DNA of 64,000 nucleotides, taken from an uncultured Clostridia bacterium (lineage in GTDB: Bacteria; Bacillota; Clostridia; UBA1381). The stretch lies in assembly GCA_934462945.1 (NCBI GenBank), contig CAKSJF010000002.1, positions 3,743-67,742 on the forward strand, read 5' to 3'. This document shows, piece by piece, positions 56,710 through 64,000 of this stretch (within the stretch, counting starts at the first letter, position 1; each line of letters starts with the position of its first letter). Both the position numbers and the translations under genes were made by a program. The notes beneath the pieces are model-generated. The model ran no database searches. It saw nothing but the letters and a program-made list of their open reading frames with translations, and was not told the DNA's origin.

Positions 56710-57576
56710 ATGTGGATTGCAGATCAATGGACAGATTATAAATTATTAGACAGCGCCGGCGGCGAAAAGCTGGAATACTGGGGAGATATTCTCCTACGCC
56801 GTCCTGATCCGCAGGCAATCTGGACGGAAAGAACCGAACAGAGACTGTGGGAAAAGTCAGACGCGCATTACCACCGTTCCAAAAGCGGCGGCGGCAGCTG
56901 GCAGTTTCATAACAAAAAGCTCCCGGCATACTGGCCGATACACTATCGGGATTTAACGTTCCATATTAAACCGATGGGCTTTAAGCATACAGGGTTGTTT
57001 CCGGAGCAGGCGGTCAATTGGGATTGGTTTTCCGAGCTGATAAAAAAAGCCGGACGACCGGTCAGAGTGCTGAATTTGTTTGCCTATACCGGCGGAGCGA
57101 CGGTTGCCGCACTTGCCGCAGGGGCAGAGGTGGTGCATGTGGATGCGTCGCGCGGCATGGTAACCTGGGCAAAGGAAAACGTTATCGCGTCCGGACTGGG
57201 GGAAAAACCGGTTCGGTATATTGTAGATGATGTGGTGAAGTTTGTTTTGCGCGAGGAACGGCGCAAACGGGAATATGATGCAATTATTATGGATCCGCCG
57301 TCCTATGGCAGAGGTCCTGGCGGTGAGGTCTGGAAAATTGAAAATGAGCTGTATCCGCTGATTCAGAATTGTATTAAAATTTTATCTCCAAACCCGCTTT
57401 TCTTCCTGATTAATTCCTACACAACCGGACTTTCCGCATCTATTTTAGAAAATGTACTGACCTATACGATGAAAAAACGCTATGGCGGCAGGGTGTCGGC
57501 AGATGAAATCGGCTTGCCGATGCTTTCCAATCATATGGTTCTTCCCTGCGGCATTTCCGGCAGATGGGAAGGGTGA
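56710..57576 (+). CDS. Class I SAM-dependent methyltransferase (RlmI/RlmK-like)
   Basis: Start at the ATG at 56710 (MWIADQWTDYKLLD...). VLNLFAYTGGATVA SAM motif and IIMDPPSYGRG motif IV. Confidence 0.8.
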   Translation: MWIADQWTDYKLLDSAGGEKLEYWGDILLRRPDPQAIWTERTEQRLWEKSDAHYHRSKSGGGSWQFHNKKLPAYWPIHYRDLTFHIKPMGFKHTGLFPEQAVNWDWFSELIKKAGRPVRVLNLFAYTGGATVAALAAGAEVVHVDASRGMVTWAKENVIASGLGEKPVRYIVDDVVKFVLREERRKREYDAIIMDPPSYGRGPGGEVWKIENELYPLIQNCIKILSPNPLFFLINSYTTGLSASILENVLTYTMKKRYGGRVSADEIGLPMLSNHMVLPCGISGRWEG

Positions 57577-57581
57577 AGAAA

Positions 57582-58433
57582 ATGAACATGTTAAAAACCG
57601 AAAATCTTTCCTATTCCTATGCCCCGGAGACGGAAAACAGCTATGTTTTTTCAGACTTGAATTTAGAAATCGAAAAGGGCAGCTTTACGGCTGTTTTAGG
57701 GCATAACGGCTGCGGAAAGTCGACGCTTGCCAAGCATTTTAACGCGATCCTGCTGCCGAGCGGCGGTACGGTCTATGTGCTTGGTATGAATACACAGGAT
57801 GCGGACAAGGTGTTTGAAATCCGGAAAAATGCCGGCATGGTATTTCAAAATCCGGATAATCAGATTGTGAGTGCAATTGTAGAGGATGAGGTGGCATTTG
57901 CTCCGGAAAACCTCGGTGTTCCGTCTGCAGAAATCCGGCGGCGCGTGGAGGAATCGCTCCGCATTGTCGGAATGGAGGAATATAAAAAGGCATCGCCTGC
58001 ACATCTTTCCGGCGGACAGAAACAGAGGATTGCAATTGCGTCTGTATTGGCAATGCAGCCGCAGTGTATTATTTTAGATGAACCGACTGCCATGCTTGAT
58101 CCGAGCGGCAGACGGGAGGTACTTTCCACTGTTAAAATGCTGAATCGGGAAAAAGGCATGACAGTTATCCTGATCACACATTATATGGACGAGGCGGCGC
58201 AGGCAGACCGTGTGATTGTGATGCAGGAGGGGGCGGTTGTTTTGGACGATTGTCCGAGAGAGGTGTTCCGGCATGTGGAGAAAATGAAAGCGCTGGGACT
58301 GGATGTTCCACAGGTGACGGAGCTTTTCTATGAGCTAAGAAAGGCAGGCATGGAGCTGCCGGACGATATTATCACAGTAGAGGAGGGGGTCTTGTACCTG
58401 TCCTCACTCTTAAAAGGGCGAAAACAAGCATGA
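57582..58433 (+). CDS. ecfA1: Energy-coupling-factor transporter ATPase EcfA1
   Basis: Walker A GHNGCGKST, signature LSGGQKQR, Walker B IILDEP. Start at the ATG at 57582. Confidence 0.9.
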   Translation: MNMLKTENLSYSYAPETENSYVFSDLNLEIEKGSFTAVLGHNGCGKSTLAKHFNAILLPSGGTVYVLGMNTQDADKVFEIRKNAGMVFQNPDNQIVSAIVEDEVAFAPENLGVPSAEIRRRVEESLRIVGMEEYKKASPAHLSGGQKQRIAIASVLAMQPQCIILDEPTAMLDPSGRREVLSTVKMLNREKGMTVILITHYMDEAAQADRVIVMQEGAVVLDDCPREVFRHVEKMKALGLDVPQVTELFYELRKAGMELPDDIITVEEGVLYLSSLLKGRKQA

Positions 58434-59293
58434 TTGAAATCAAGAACTTAAATTATATCTATCAGCAGGGAATGCCGGGCGAAAAGCAGGCATTAAAGAA
58501 TATTAACCTGACGATTCCAACCGGTGATTTTGCTGCACTGATCGGGCATACCGGGTCAGGAAAATCCACCCTCATTCAGCATCTGAATGCACTCATCAAG
58601 CCGACCTCCGGCGAGATCATCATAGACGGCATTCCAATCTGCGATCCGAAAACTGACTTAAAAGCAATCCGCCGTATGGTGGGATTGGTGTTTCAGTATC
58701 CGGAATATCAGCTGTTTGAAGAAACGGTATACCGGGATATTGCGTTTGGACCGACCAATATGCAGCTGTCAGATGAGGAAATCCGGGAGCGCGTTTATGA
58801 GGCGGCAGAGCTTGTCGGACTTTCGGAAAAGCTTTTGGAGGAATCTCCGTTTGAATTATCCGGCGGACAAAAACGCCGTGCAGCCATTGCCGGAGTCCTT
58901 TCGATGCGCCCGCGCGTTTTGATTCTGGACGAGCCTACCGCAGGATTGGATCCGCGCGGCAGAGATCAGCTTTTGAATCAATTGGTTAAGCTGCACGAAA
59001 AAAATCCGGATATGACCGTCTTGCTGGTTTCCCATAGCATGGAGGATGTTGCAAGGGTTGCAGAGCATGTTTTTGTATTAGAGCATGGGAGCGTGGCGCT
59101 TTCCGGCACAGTCCCGGAGGTGTTTTCCCAGGCGGAACAGCTCAAAAAAATCGGACTGTCTGTTCCGCAGATTACCGAGCTGTTTTTAAGATTAAATCAG
59201 CAGGGAGCAGAGCTGCCGGATGATATTTACACCGTTTCGGCAGCGGCAGAGGCAATTAAAAAGAGGATAGGGGGCGGACAGCATGCTGAGTGA
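58430..59293 (+). CDS. ecfA2: Energy-coupling-factor transporter ATPase EcfA2
   Basis: GHTGSGKST, LSGGQKRR and LILDEP motifs. 4-nt overlap with ecfA1. Confidence 0.9.
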   Translation: MIEIKNLNYIYQQGMPGEKQALKNINLTIPTGDFAALIGHTGSGKSTLIQHLNALIKPTSGEIIIDGIPICDPKTDLKAIRRMVGLVFQYPEYQLFEETVYRDIAFGPTNMQLSDEEIRERVYEAAELVGLSEKLLEESPFELSGGQKRRAAIAGVLSMRPRVLILDEPTAGLDPRGRDQLLNQLVKLHEKNPDMTVLLVSHSMEDVARVAEHVFVLEHGSVALSGTVPEVFSQAEQLKKIGLSVPQITELFLRLNQQGAELPDDIYTVSAAAEAIKKRIGGGQHAE

Positions 59294-60101
59294 TATTACC
59301 ATCGGACAATATATTCCCACCGGCTCTTTTTTACATCGGATGGACGCAAGAGTAAAAATTCTGCTTTTGTGTGCTTATCTGGTTCTGCTCTTTATGGTGA
59401 GCGCTCCGGCGGCATATCTTTTCATCGGAGCGGCAACAATCGGATTGGTGGCTTTAAGCCGGGTTTCGGTAAAATTTGTTTTGCGCGGATTGAAACCAAT
59501 GTTTTTGATCCTGGTTCTGACCATGGTTTTTAACTTATTTTTAACACCGGGGGAAACGCTTGTGTCCTTCCCTGTTTTTCGCTGGCATTTCACGATTACG
59601 CAGGAGGGATTGAAAACTGCAATTTTGATGTTTTTAAGACTGTTATTTTTGGTGATTACCTCCTCGCTCTTAACGTTGACCACAGCGCCCCTGATGTTGA
59701 CAGATGGAATTGAACGTCTGCTGCGCCCGTTCGATCGGTTTCATGTGCCGTCGCACGAGATCGCGATGATGATGACCATTGCAATCCGCTTTATTCCGAC
59801 ACTTGCGGAGGAGGCGGAAAAGATTATGAAAGCGCAGACGGCGAGGGGTGCAGATTTTGAAAGCGGCAATTTGATTCAGCGTACCAAAGCTATGATTCCG
59901 CTTTTAGTGCCGCTGTTTATCAGCGCGTTCCGGCGCGCAGACGACCTCGCGACTGCAATGGATGCACGCTGCTATAACGGAGGAGCAAATCGCACGCGGA
60001 TGCGTGAATTGAAAATGACCAAAATAGATTATATTGCAATCGGAAGCTTTGCAGCTTTTTGCGTGATTGTGTTTGCAGCAAACCGATGGCTTTTGATGTA
60101 G
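59283..60101 (+). CDS. ecfT: Energy-coupling-factor transporter transmembrane subunit EcfT
   Basis: 272 aa, polytopic. Conserved ARG...R coupling-helix motifs (KAQTARGADF, AFRRADDLATAMDARCY). Confidence 0.9.
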   Translation: MLSDITIGQYIPTGSFLHRMDARVKILLLCAYLVLLFMVSAPAAYLFIGAATIGLVALSRVSVKFVLRGLKPMFLILVLTMVFNLFLTPGETLVSFPVFRWHFTITQEGLKTAILMFLRLLFLVITSSLLTLTTAPLMLTDGIERLLRPFDRFHVPSHEIAMMMTIAIRFIPTLAEEAEKIMKAQTARGADFESGNLIQRTKAMIPLLVPLFISAFRRADDLATAMDARCYNGGANRTRMRELKMTKIDYIAIGSFAAFCVIVFAANRWLLM

Positions 60102-60111
60102 GAGGAAAAAG

Positions 60112-60855
60112 GTGCGGAATATTAAGCTGACACTTCAATATGACGGCGGCGGATACCATGGCTGGCAGCGTCAGGAAAATGCAGTCACCGTGCAGGAAAC
60201 GGTGGAAAAGGCGATCTATGGCTGCACTGGGGAGCAGGTTTCTTTGATCGGATGCGGCAGAACGGACAGCGGCGTACATGCAAAAGCCTATGTCTGCAAC
60301 TTCAGGACGGATTCTAACATTCCGGCAGAAAAGTTTCCGCGCGCCATCAATGCACATCTTCCTAAGGAAGATATCTGCTGCTATTTTGCCGAGGAGGCAG
60401 AGGAAGCTTTTCACGCGAAAAAGAGCGCAAAAAAGAAATGTTATACTTATTATATTCAAAATTCCGATTTTCCGGATGTGTTTTTAAAGCCGTATTCCTG
60501 GCATTTTCGCCCGGAACTGGATCTTTCGCAAATGCAGAGAGCAGCAGGGGCATTTTTGGGAACACACGATTTTATTGGCTTTGCGTCCAGCGGTTTTTCG
60601 GTGAAAACAACGGTGCGGACGATTTATGAACTTCGGGTATTTCGGAATGAGAGCCAAATTGTGATTGATACCATTGGAAACGGATTTTTATATAATATGG
60701 TGAGAATTATTGTCGGTACGCTTGTGTTTGTGGGATGCGGAAAGATTAGCGCAGAGGATATGCCGGAGATTATTGCATCGTGTGACCGAAACCGTGCCGG
60801 AATCACAGCACCGCCGGAGGGACTATTTTTATCGGAGGTTTATTATGAAGAATAA
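60112..60855 (+). CDS. truA: tRNA pseudouridine(38-40) synthase TruA
   Basis: 247 aa, GTG start after AGGAGG. YDGGGYHGWQRQ and GRTDSGVHA catalytic Asp motif. Confidence 0.95.
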   Translation: MRNIKLTLQYDGGGYHGWQRQENAVTVQETVEKAIYGCTGEQVSLIGCGRTDSGVHAKAYVCNFRTDSNIPAEKFPRAINAHLPKEDICCYFAEEAEEAFHAKKSAKKKCYTYYIQNSDFPDVFLKPYSWHFRPELDLSQMQRAAGAFLGTHDFIGFASSGFSVKTTVRTIYELRVFRNESQIVIDTIGNGFLYNMVRIIVGTLVFVGCGKISAEDMPEIIASCDRNRAGITAPPEGLFLSEVYYEE

Positions 60856-62131
60856 ACGGAGCATCATTCTTCTGATTCTGAGCCTGATTGCTGTCGGAAT
60901 TTTTGCCGTGGCAGCATCGGGTGTGAAGATTGATTTTATTGAAAACTACGGAACAAATTTCCGGAAAAATGTCAAGGGACTGGAGGAGATGTTCTCCTGG
61001 AAATTCCCCGAACCGATTGAGAATTTTCTGAATCAGACGCCGCGTCCTCTCACCACAGAGGAAAAGCTTGCAATTTTAGAAAAGCAGCAGGCAGAGGAGA
61101 GCGGAGAAACAGCAGCGCCGCAGGAATCCAGCCTGCCGACTGCAACCCCGCAGACTGCCGGAACGGTAACCTCCAATATTGTCGCACAAAAAAATGCCTA
61201 TACCGCAGGCTATGCGGCATATGATGGAAAAGTTTTGTGTGCGGCGGAAACGGCGCTTTCCTGCTACCGGAAGGACGGAACGCTGGAATGGAGCAAGGAG
61301 ATTCAGGCAAATCAGCCGATTTTAAGAACAGCGAAGGACTATATTTTAGTTGCCGAGCGTGGCGGCACGCATTTTTACCTGTTTTCCGGGAAGAAAATGC
61401 TATATGAGCAGACCACGGATGCACCGATTGTATCAGCAAGCGTTTCAGAACACGGAGACACGGTGCTGATTGCAGAAAAAGATCATTACCGCGGCACCGT
61501 GACAGTGTACAATAAAAAATCAAAGGAGGTATTCCGCTGGAACTCCGGCTCTTACGCGATTTTGGATGCAGATATTTCGCCCTCCTCGAGAACGCTTGCC
61601 GTATCACTCTTAGAAACCGAAAACAGCGTGAATACGAAAATATCGTTCTTTCATCTGACCGAGGCAGAGAGCTATGCATCGGTATCCTTTGAGGACACCA
61701 TCCTGTTTGACATTAAATTTGCAGGAGAACAGCTGACAGCGGTGGGAGATAACCAGATTATGAGTCTGAATACCAAAGGTGAAACCGGCTGGCAGACCAG
61801 TTTTGACGGAAAAACACTCAATCGGTACATTCTGGAGACAGACGGGCATAAGCTGTGCGTTTTGGATCACGACAATGCGGCCGAGCTATTAGTGCTGAAT
61901 AACCGCGGCGGTGAGCGTACCACGCTCTCTGCGAAAACACTTCCGGATTTTGTGGACTTATCTTCGGGGTATCTTGCATATAATGATGGGAGAGAAATAA
62001 TTTATACTTCCTTTTCCGGCAAGGATGTCAAGCGGTATCTTTGCAGCCGCGATTTAAAGGGACTTCTTTTAATCGCGCCGGACGAGCTGATGGCAGTGTA
62101 TAGTTCGGGATTGGAGTTTATTAAGTTTTAA
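60845..62131 (+). CDS. Membrane-anchored protein of unknown function (possibly DUF5711-like repeated beta structure)
   Basis: Start at the ATG at 60845 (MKNKRSIILLILSLIAVGIF...) after GGAGG, with an 11-nt overlap with truA. The track's 5' extension lies inside truA. Confidence 0.65.
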   Translation: MKNKRSIILLILSLIAVGIFAVAASGVKIDFIENYGTNFRKNVKGLEEMFSWKFPEPIENFLNQTPRPLTTEEKLAILEKQQAEESGETAAPQESSLPTATPQTAGTVTSNIVAQKNAYTAGYAAYDGKVLCAAETALSCYRKDGTLEWSKEIQANQPILRTAKDYILVAERGGTHFYLFSGKKMLYEQTTDAPIVSASVSEHGDTVLIAEKDHYRGTVTVYNKKSKEVFRWNSGSYAILDADISPSSRTLAVSLLETENSVNTKISFFHLTEAESYASVSFEDTILFDIKFAGEQLTAVGDNQIMSLNTKGETGWQTSFDGKTLNRYILETDGHKLCVLDHDNAAELLVLNNRGGERTTLSAKTLPDFVDLSSGYLAYNDGREIIYTSFSGKDVKRYLCSRDLKGLLLIAPDELMAVYSSGLEFIKF

Positions 62132-62151
62132 AAAAGCTACGGAGGGATTTT

Positions 62152-62859
62152 ATGCACTATTGGTTTTTAGATGTAATTCTCTTAGTCATGATTACGGTAA
62201 TTGTCTGGGTTTCGATGAAAAAGGGATTTTTAAAGGCATCTTATCATGCTTTGGCAACGGTTATTACCATTCTTCTGGTGTTTGCATTCCAAATGCCGTT
62301 TCAGGAATATCTGGAACAATCGTCTCTGGGGGATCTGGTGCAGGAGAAGGTTTCTTTGAGCGTGCAGACCTCTATGGAGGAGAATCCGGAGGTAAAAAAT
62401 GCGCAGTCGGACGAAAACGGACTGGAGGCAGCGGCGAACGCACTTCCGCTCCCGGATTTTTTACATAAGTTTTTAAATCAGATGATCCGCCAGCAGAGCG
62501 AAAATTTTGAAACACTAAAAACAAGTGTGGCGGACAGCTTGACCGGTATGGTCAGCTCGGTGATTTTGCAGCTGGTATCTATCGTACTCTTGTTTTTACT
62601 GGTTCGGTTGGGGCTGTATCTGCTGTTTTTGCTTTTGCAGTCTATGGCAAAGCTCCCGGTTCTGCGCTTTTTCAATAAAGCGCTGGGAATTGTGATGGGG
62701 GCAGTGAATGCATTATTGGCGGTATATCTTGTCTGTGCACTGGTGATGCTCTTAACCCCGGTAAAAAGTGCGGAGCATTTGAATGAAGTGGTCAATCAGA
62801 CTTATCTTGTGAAATATTTTTATCAGAATAATTTACTGATGACGTTATTTTTAAACTAA
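62152..62859 (+). CDS. cvpA: CvpA-family membrane protein
   Basis: 235 aa. The N-terminal pattern [23 protein letters not shown] is typical of CvpA, with further helices at the C-terminus. Confidence 0.7.
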   Translation: MHYWFLDVILLVMITVIVWVSMKKGFLKASYHALATVITILLVFAFQMPFQEYLEQSSLGDLVQEKVSLSVQTSMEENPEVKNAQSDENGLEAAANALPLPDFLHKFLNQMIRQQSENFETLKTSVADSLTGMVSSVILQLVSIVLLFLLVRLGLYLLFLLLQSMAKLPVLRFFNKALGIVMGAVNALLAVYLVCALVMLLTPVKSAEHLNEVVNQTYLVKYFYQNNLLMTLFLN

Positions 62860-62875
62860 CAAAGGAGGAAGCAAT

Positions 62876-64000
62876 ATGTATAGCGATCTTGTCAAAAAAG
62901 GTGTGGAGCGGACAGCGCACCGCGCGTTAATGAAAGCGCTGGGTTTAACAGAGGAGGAAATCAGCCGTCCGTTTATCGGTGTAGTATGTGCGAAGAATGA
63001 GATTATTCCGGGGCATATGCATCTGGATAAAATTGCAGAGGCGGTCAAGGCAGGCATTCGGATTGCCGGCGGTACACCGATCGAATTTCCGGCAATCGGC
63101 ATTTGCGACGGCATTGCAATGGGACATGTCGGCATGAAATATTCTCTGGCATCCCGGGAACTGATTGCAGACAGCATTGAATCTATGACGATGGCGCACG
63201 GGTTTGACGCGTTAGTGCTGATTCCGAACTGTGATAAAATTGTTCCGGCAATGCTGATGGCAGCGGCAAGACTGAACAAACCGGCAATCGTTGTCAGCGG
63301 AGGACCGATGCTTTCGGTCAATTATAAAGGCAAATGGCGCGATCTGAACACGAACTTTGAGGCAGTCGGTGCATACTGTGCCGGAACACTTGGAGAGGAC
63401 GAGCTGCGTGAATTTGAGGATATGTCCTGCCCGACCTGCGGCAGCTGCTCCGGAATGTTTACAGCCAATTCGATGAATTGCTTAACCGAGGCTTTAGGTA
63501 TGGCATTGCCGGGAAACGGCACAATCCCGGCAGTTTATTCTGAGCGTTTGCGGCTTGCGAAAAAAACCGGTATGCAGATTATGAAGCTGTTAGAGCAGGA
63601 TGTCAAACCGCGCGACATTATGACGGAAAAAGCGTTCTATAATGCACTCCGGGTGGATATGGCGCTCGGCTGTTCCACAAATTCCATGCTGCATCTGCCG
63701 GCAATTGCGCATGAGGCAGGGGTGGCGCTTAGCATGGATCAAGCGAATGCAATTTCGGAAAGTACTCCGAATTTGTGTCATTTGGCGCCTGCCGGCGTGC
63801 ATCATGTGCAGGATTTATATGCTGCCGGCGGTGTGATGGCGGTTATGCATGAGTTAAAGGAACTTTTAATCTGCGATCTGCCAACCGTTACCGGAAAAAC
63901 CGTCGGAGATAATATTAAGGACTGCAAGGCAACCGATCCGGAGGTCATTCGTCCGATTGATCATCCCTATTCCAAAACCGGCGGCATTGCGGTGCTAAAG
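62876..64000 (+). CDS. ilvD: Dihydroxy-acid dehydratase, N-terminal 375 codons (runs off the right edge)
   Basis: ATG at 62876 after AAAGGAGGAA. My translation is [50 protein letters not shown]...CDGIAMGH...[10 protein letters not shown]...[18 protein letters not shown], which carries the IlvD Fe-S cluster motifs. It is absent from the ORF track because it is open-ended. Confidence 0.9.
   Translation, partial: MYSDLVKKGVERTAHRALMKALGLTEEEISRPFIGVVCAKNEIIPGHMHLDKIAEAVKAGIRIAGGTPIEFPAIGICDGIAMGHVGMKYSLASRELIADSIESMTMAHGFDALVLIPNCDKIVPAMLMAAARLNKPAIVVSGGPMLSVNYKGKWRDLNTNFEAVGAYCAGTLGEDELREFEDMSCPTCGSCSGMFTANSMNCLTEALGMALPGNGTIPAVYSERLRLAKKTGMQIMKLLEQDVKPRDIMTEKAFYNALRVDMALGCSTNSMLHLPAIAHEAGVALSMDQANAISESTPNLCHLAPAGVHHVQDLYAAGGVMAVMHELKELLICDLPTVTGKTVGDNIKDCKATDPEVIRPIDHPYSKTGGIAVLK

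Noticed and set aside
61050-61679. 209-aa minus-strand ORF inside the membrane-anchored protein gene
   Set aside because: It is antisense to a CDS with a good RBS and signal-anchor, and its composition is Arg/Ser/Phe-rich.
1-64000. Mobile elements, prophage, toxin-antitoxin, restriction-modification, CRISPR-Cas or other defence systems, and biosynthetic gene clusters
   Set aside because: I found no integrase, transposase, recombinase, phage structural, nuclease/helicase defence-type, methyltransferase-endonuclease pair or core biosynthetic enzyme. The NTP_transf_5-like gene has no lasso-peptide or other RiPP partners nearby.

Overview
This window looks like an ordinary chromosomal stretch of a dockerin/cohesin-bearing Clostridia genome, probably Oscillospiraceae/Ruminococcaceae-like; that placement is inferred from gene content only. 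Coding density is high. I see no rRNA, CRISPR array, transposase, integrase, phage gene or recognisable defence system. From left to right the window contains: (1) five secreted proteins sharing a cohesin-like module, three of which also carry a C-terminal dockerin, including two BspA-type LRR proteins and a 1327-aa S8 protease; (2) a GH37 trehalase; (3) xpt plus a BMP-family nucleoside ABC importer; (4) a tandem ~205-bp repeat next to a tRNA-Met; (5) an operon encoding a nucleotidyltransferase, fnlABC (UDP-L-FucNAc synthesis) and a surface protein; (6) an EamA transporter, rubrerythrin and an MBOAT/AlgJ-like O-acylation pair; (7) an AraC-controlled sugar locus with two TIM-barrel/Gfo-Idh-MocA pairs followed by uxuA and uxuB; (8) a NodB-type deacetylase, a divergent parE/parC-like pair and tagA; (9) a low-GC islet (PnuC-like transporter, SGNH esterase, Asp-box propeller) beside a glycosidase-like gene and an AraC regulator; (10) ctsR-mcsA-mcsB-clpC with a textbook CtsR box; (11) argB, an SLH protein, a truncated VanX-like gene and a methyltransferase; (12) ecfA1-ecfA2-ecfT-truA, cvpA and the start of ilvD. 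The observations most worth follow-up are the cytoplasmic PnuC/SGNH/Asp-box/glycosidase-like locus, the dual oxidoreductase/isomerase locus feeding uxuAB, the cohesin-dockerin gene set with a thrice-repeated palindromic operator, and two unexplained non-coding repeat structures. None of these is demonstrably a new system from sequence alone.
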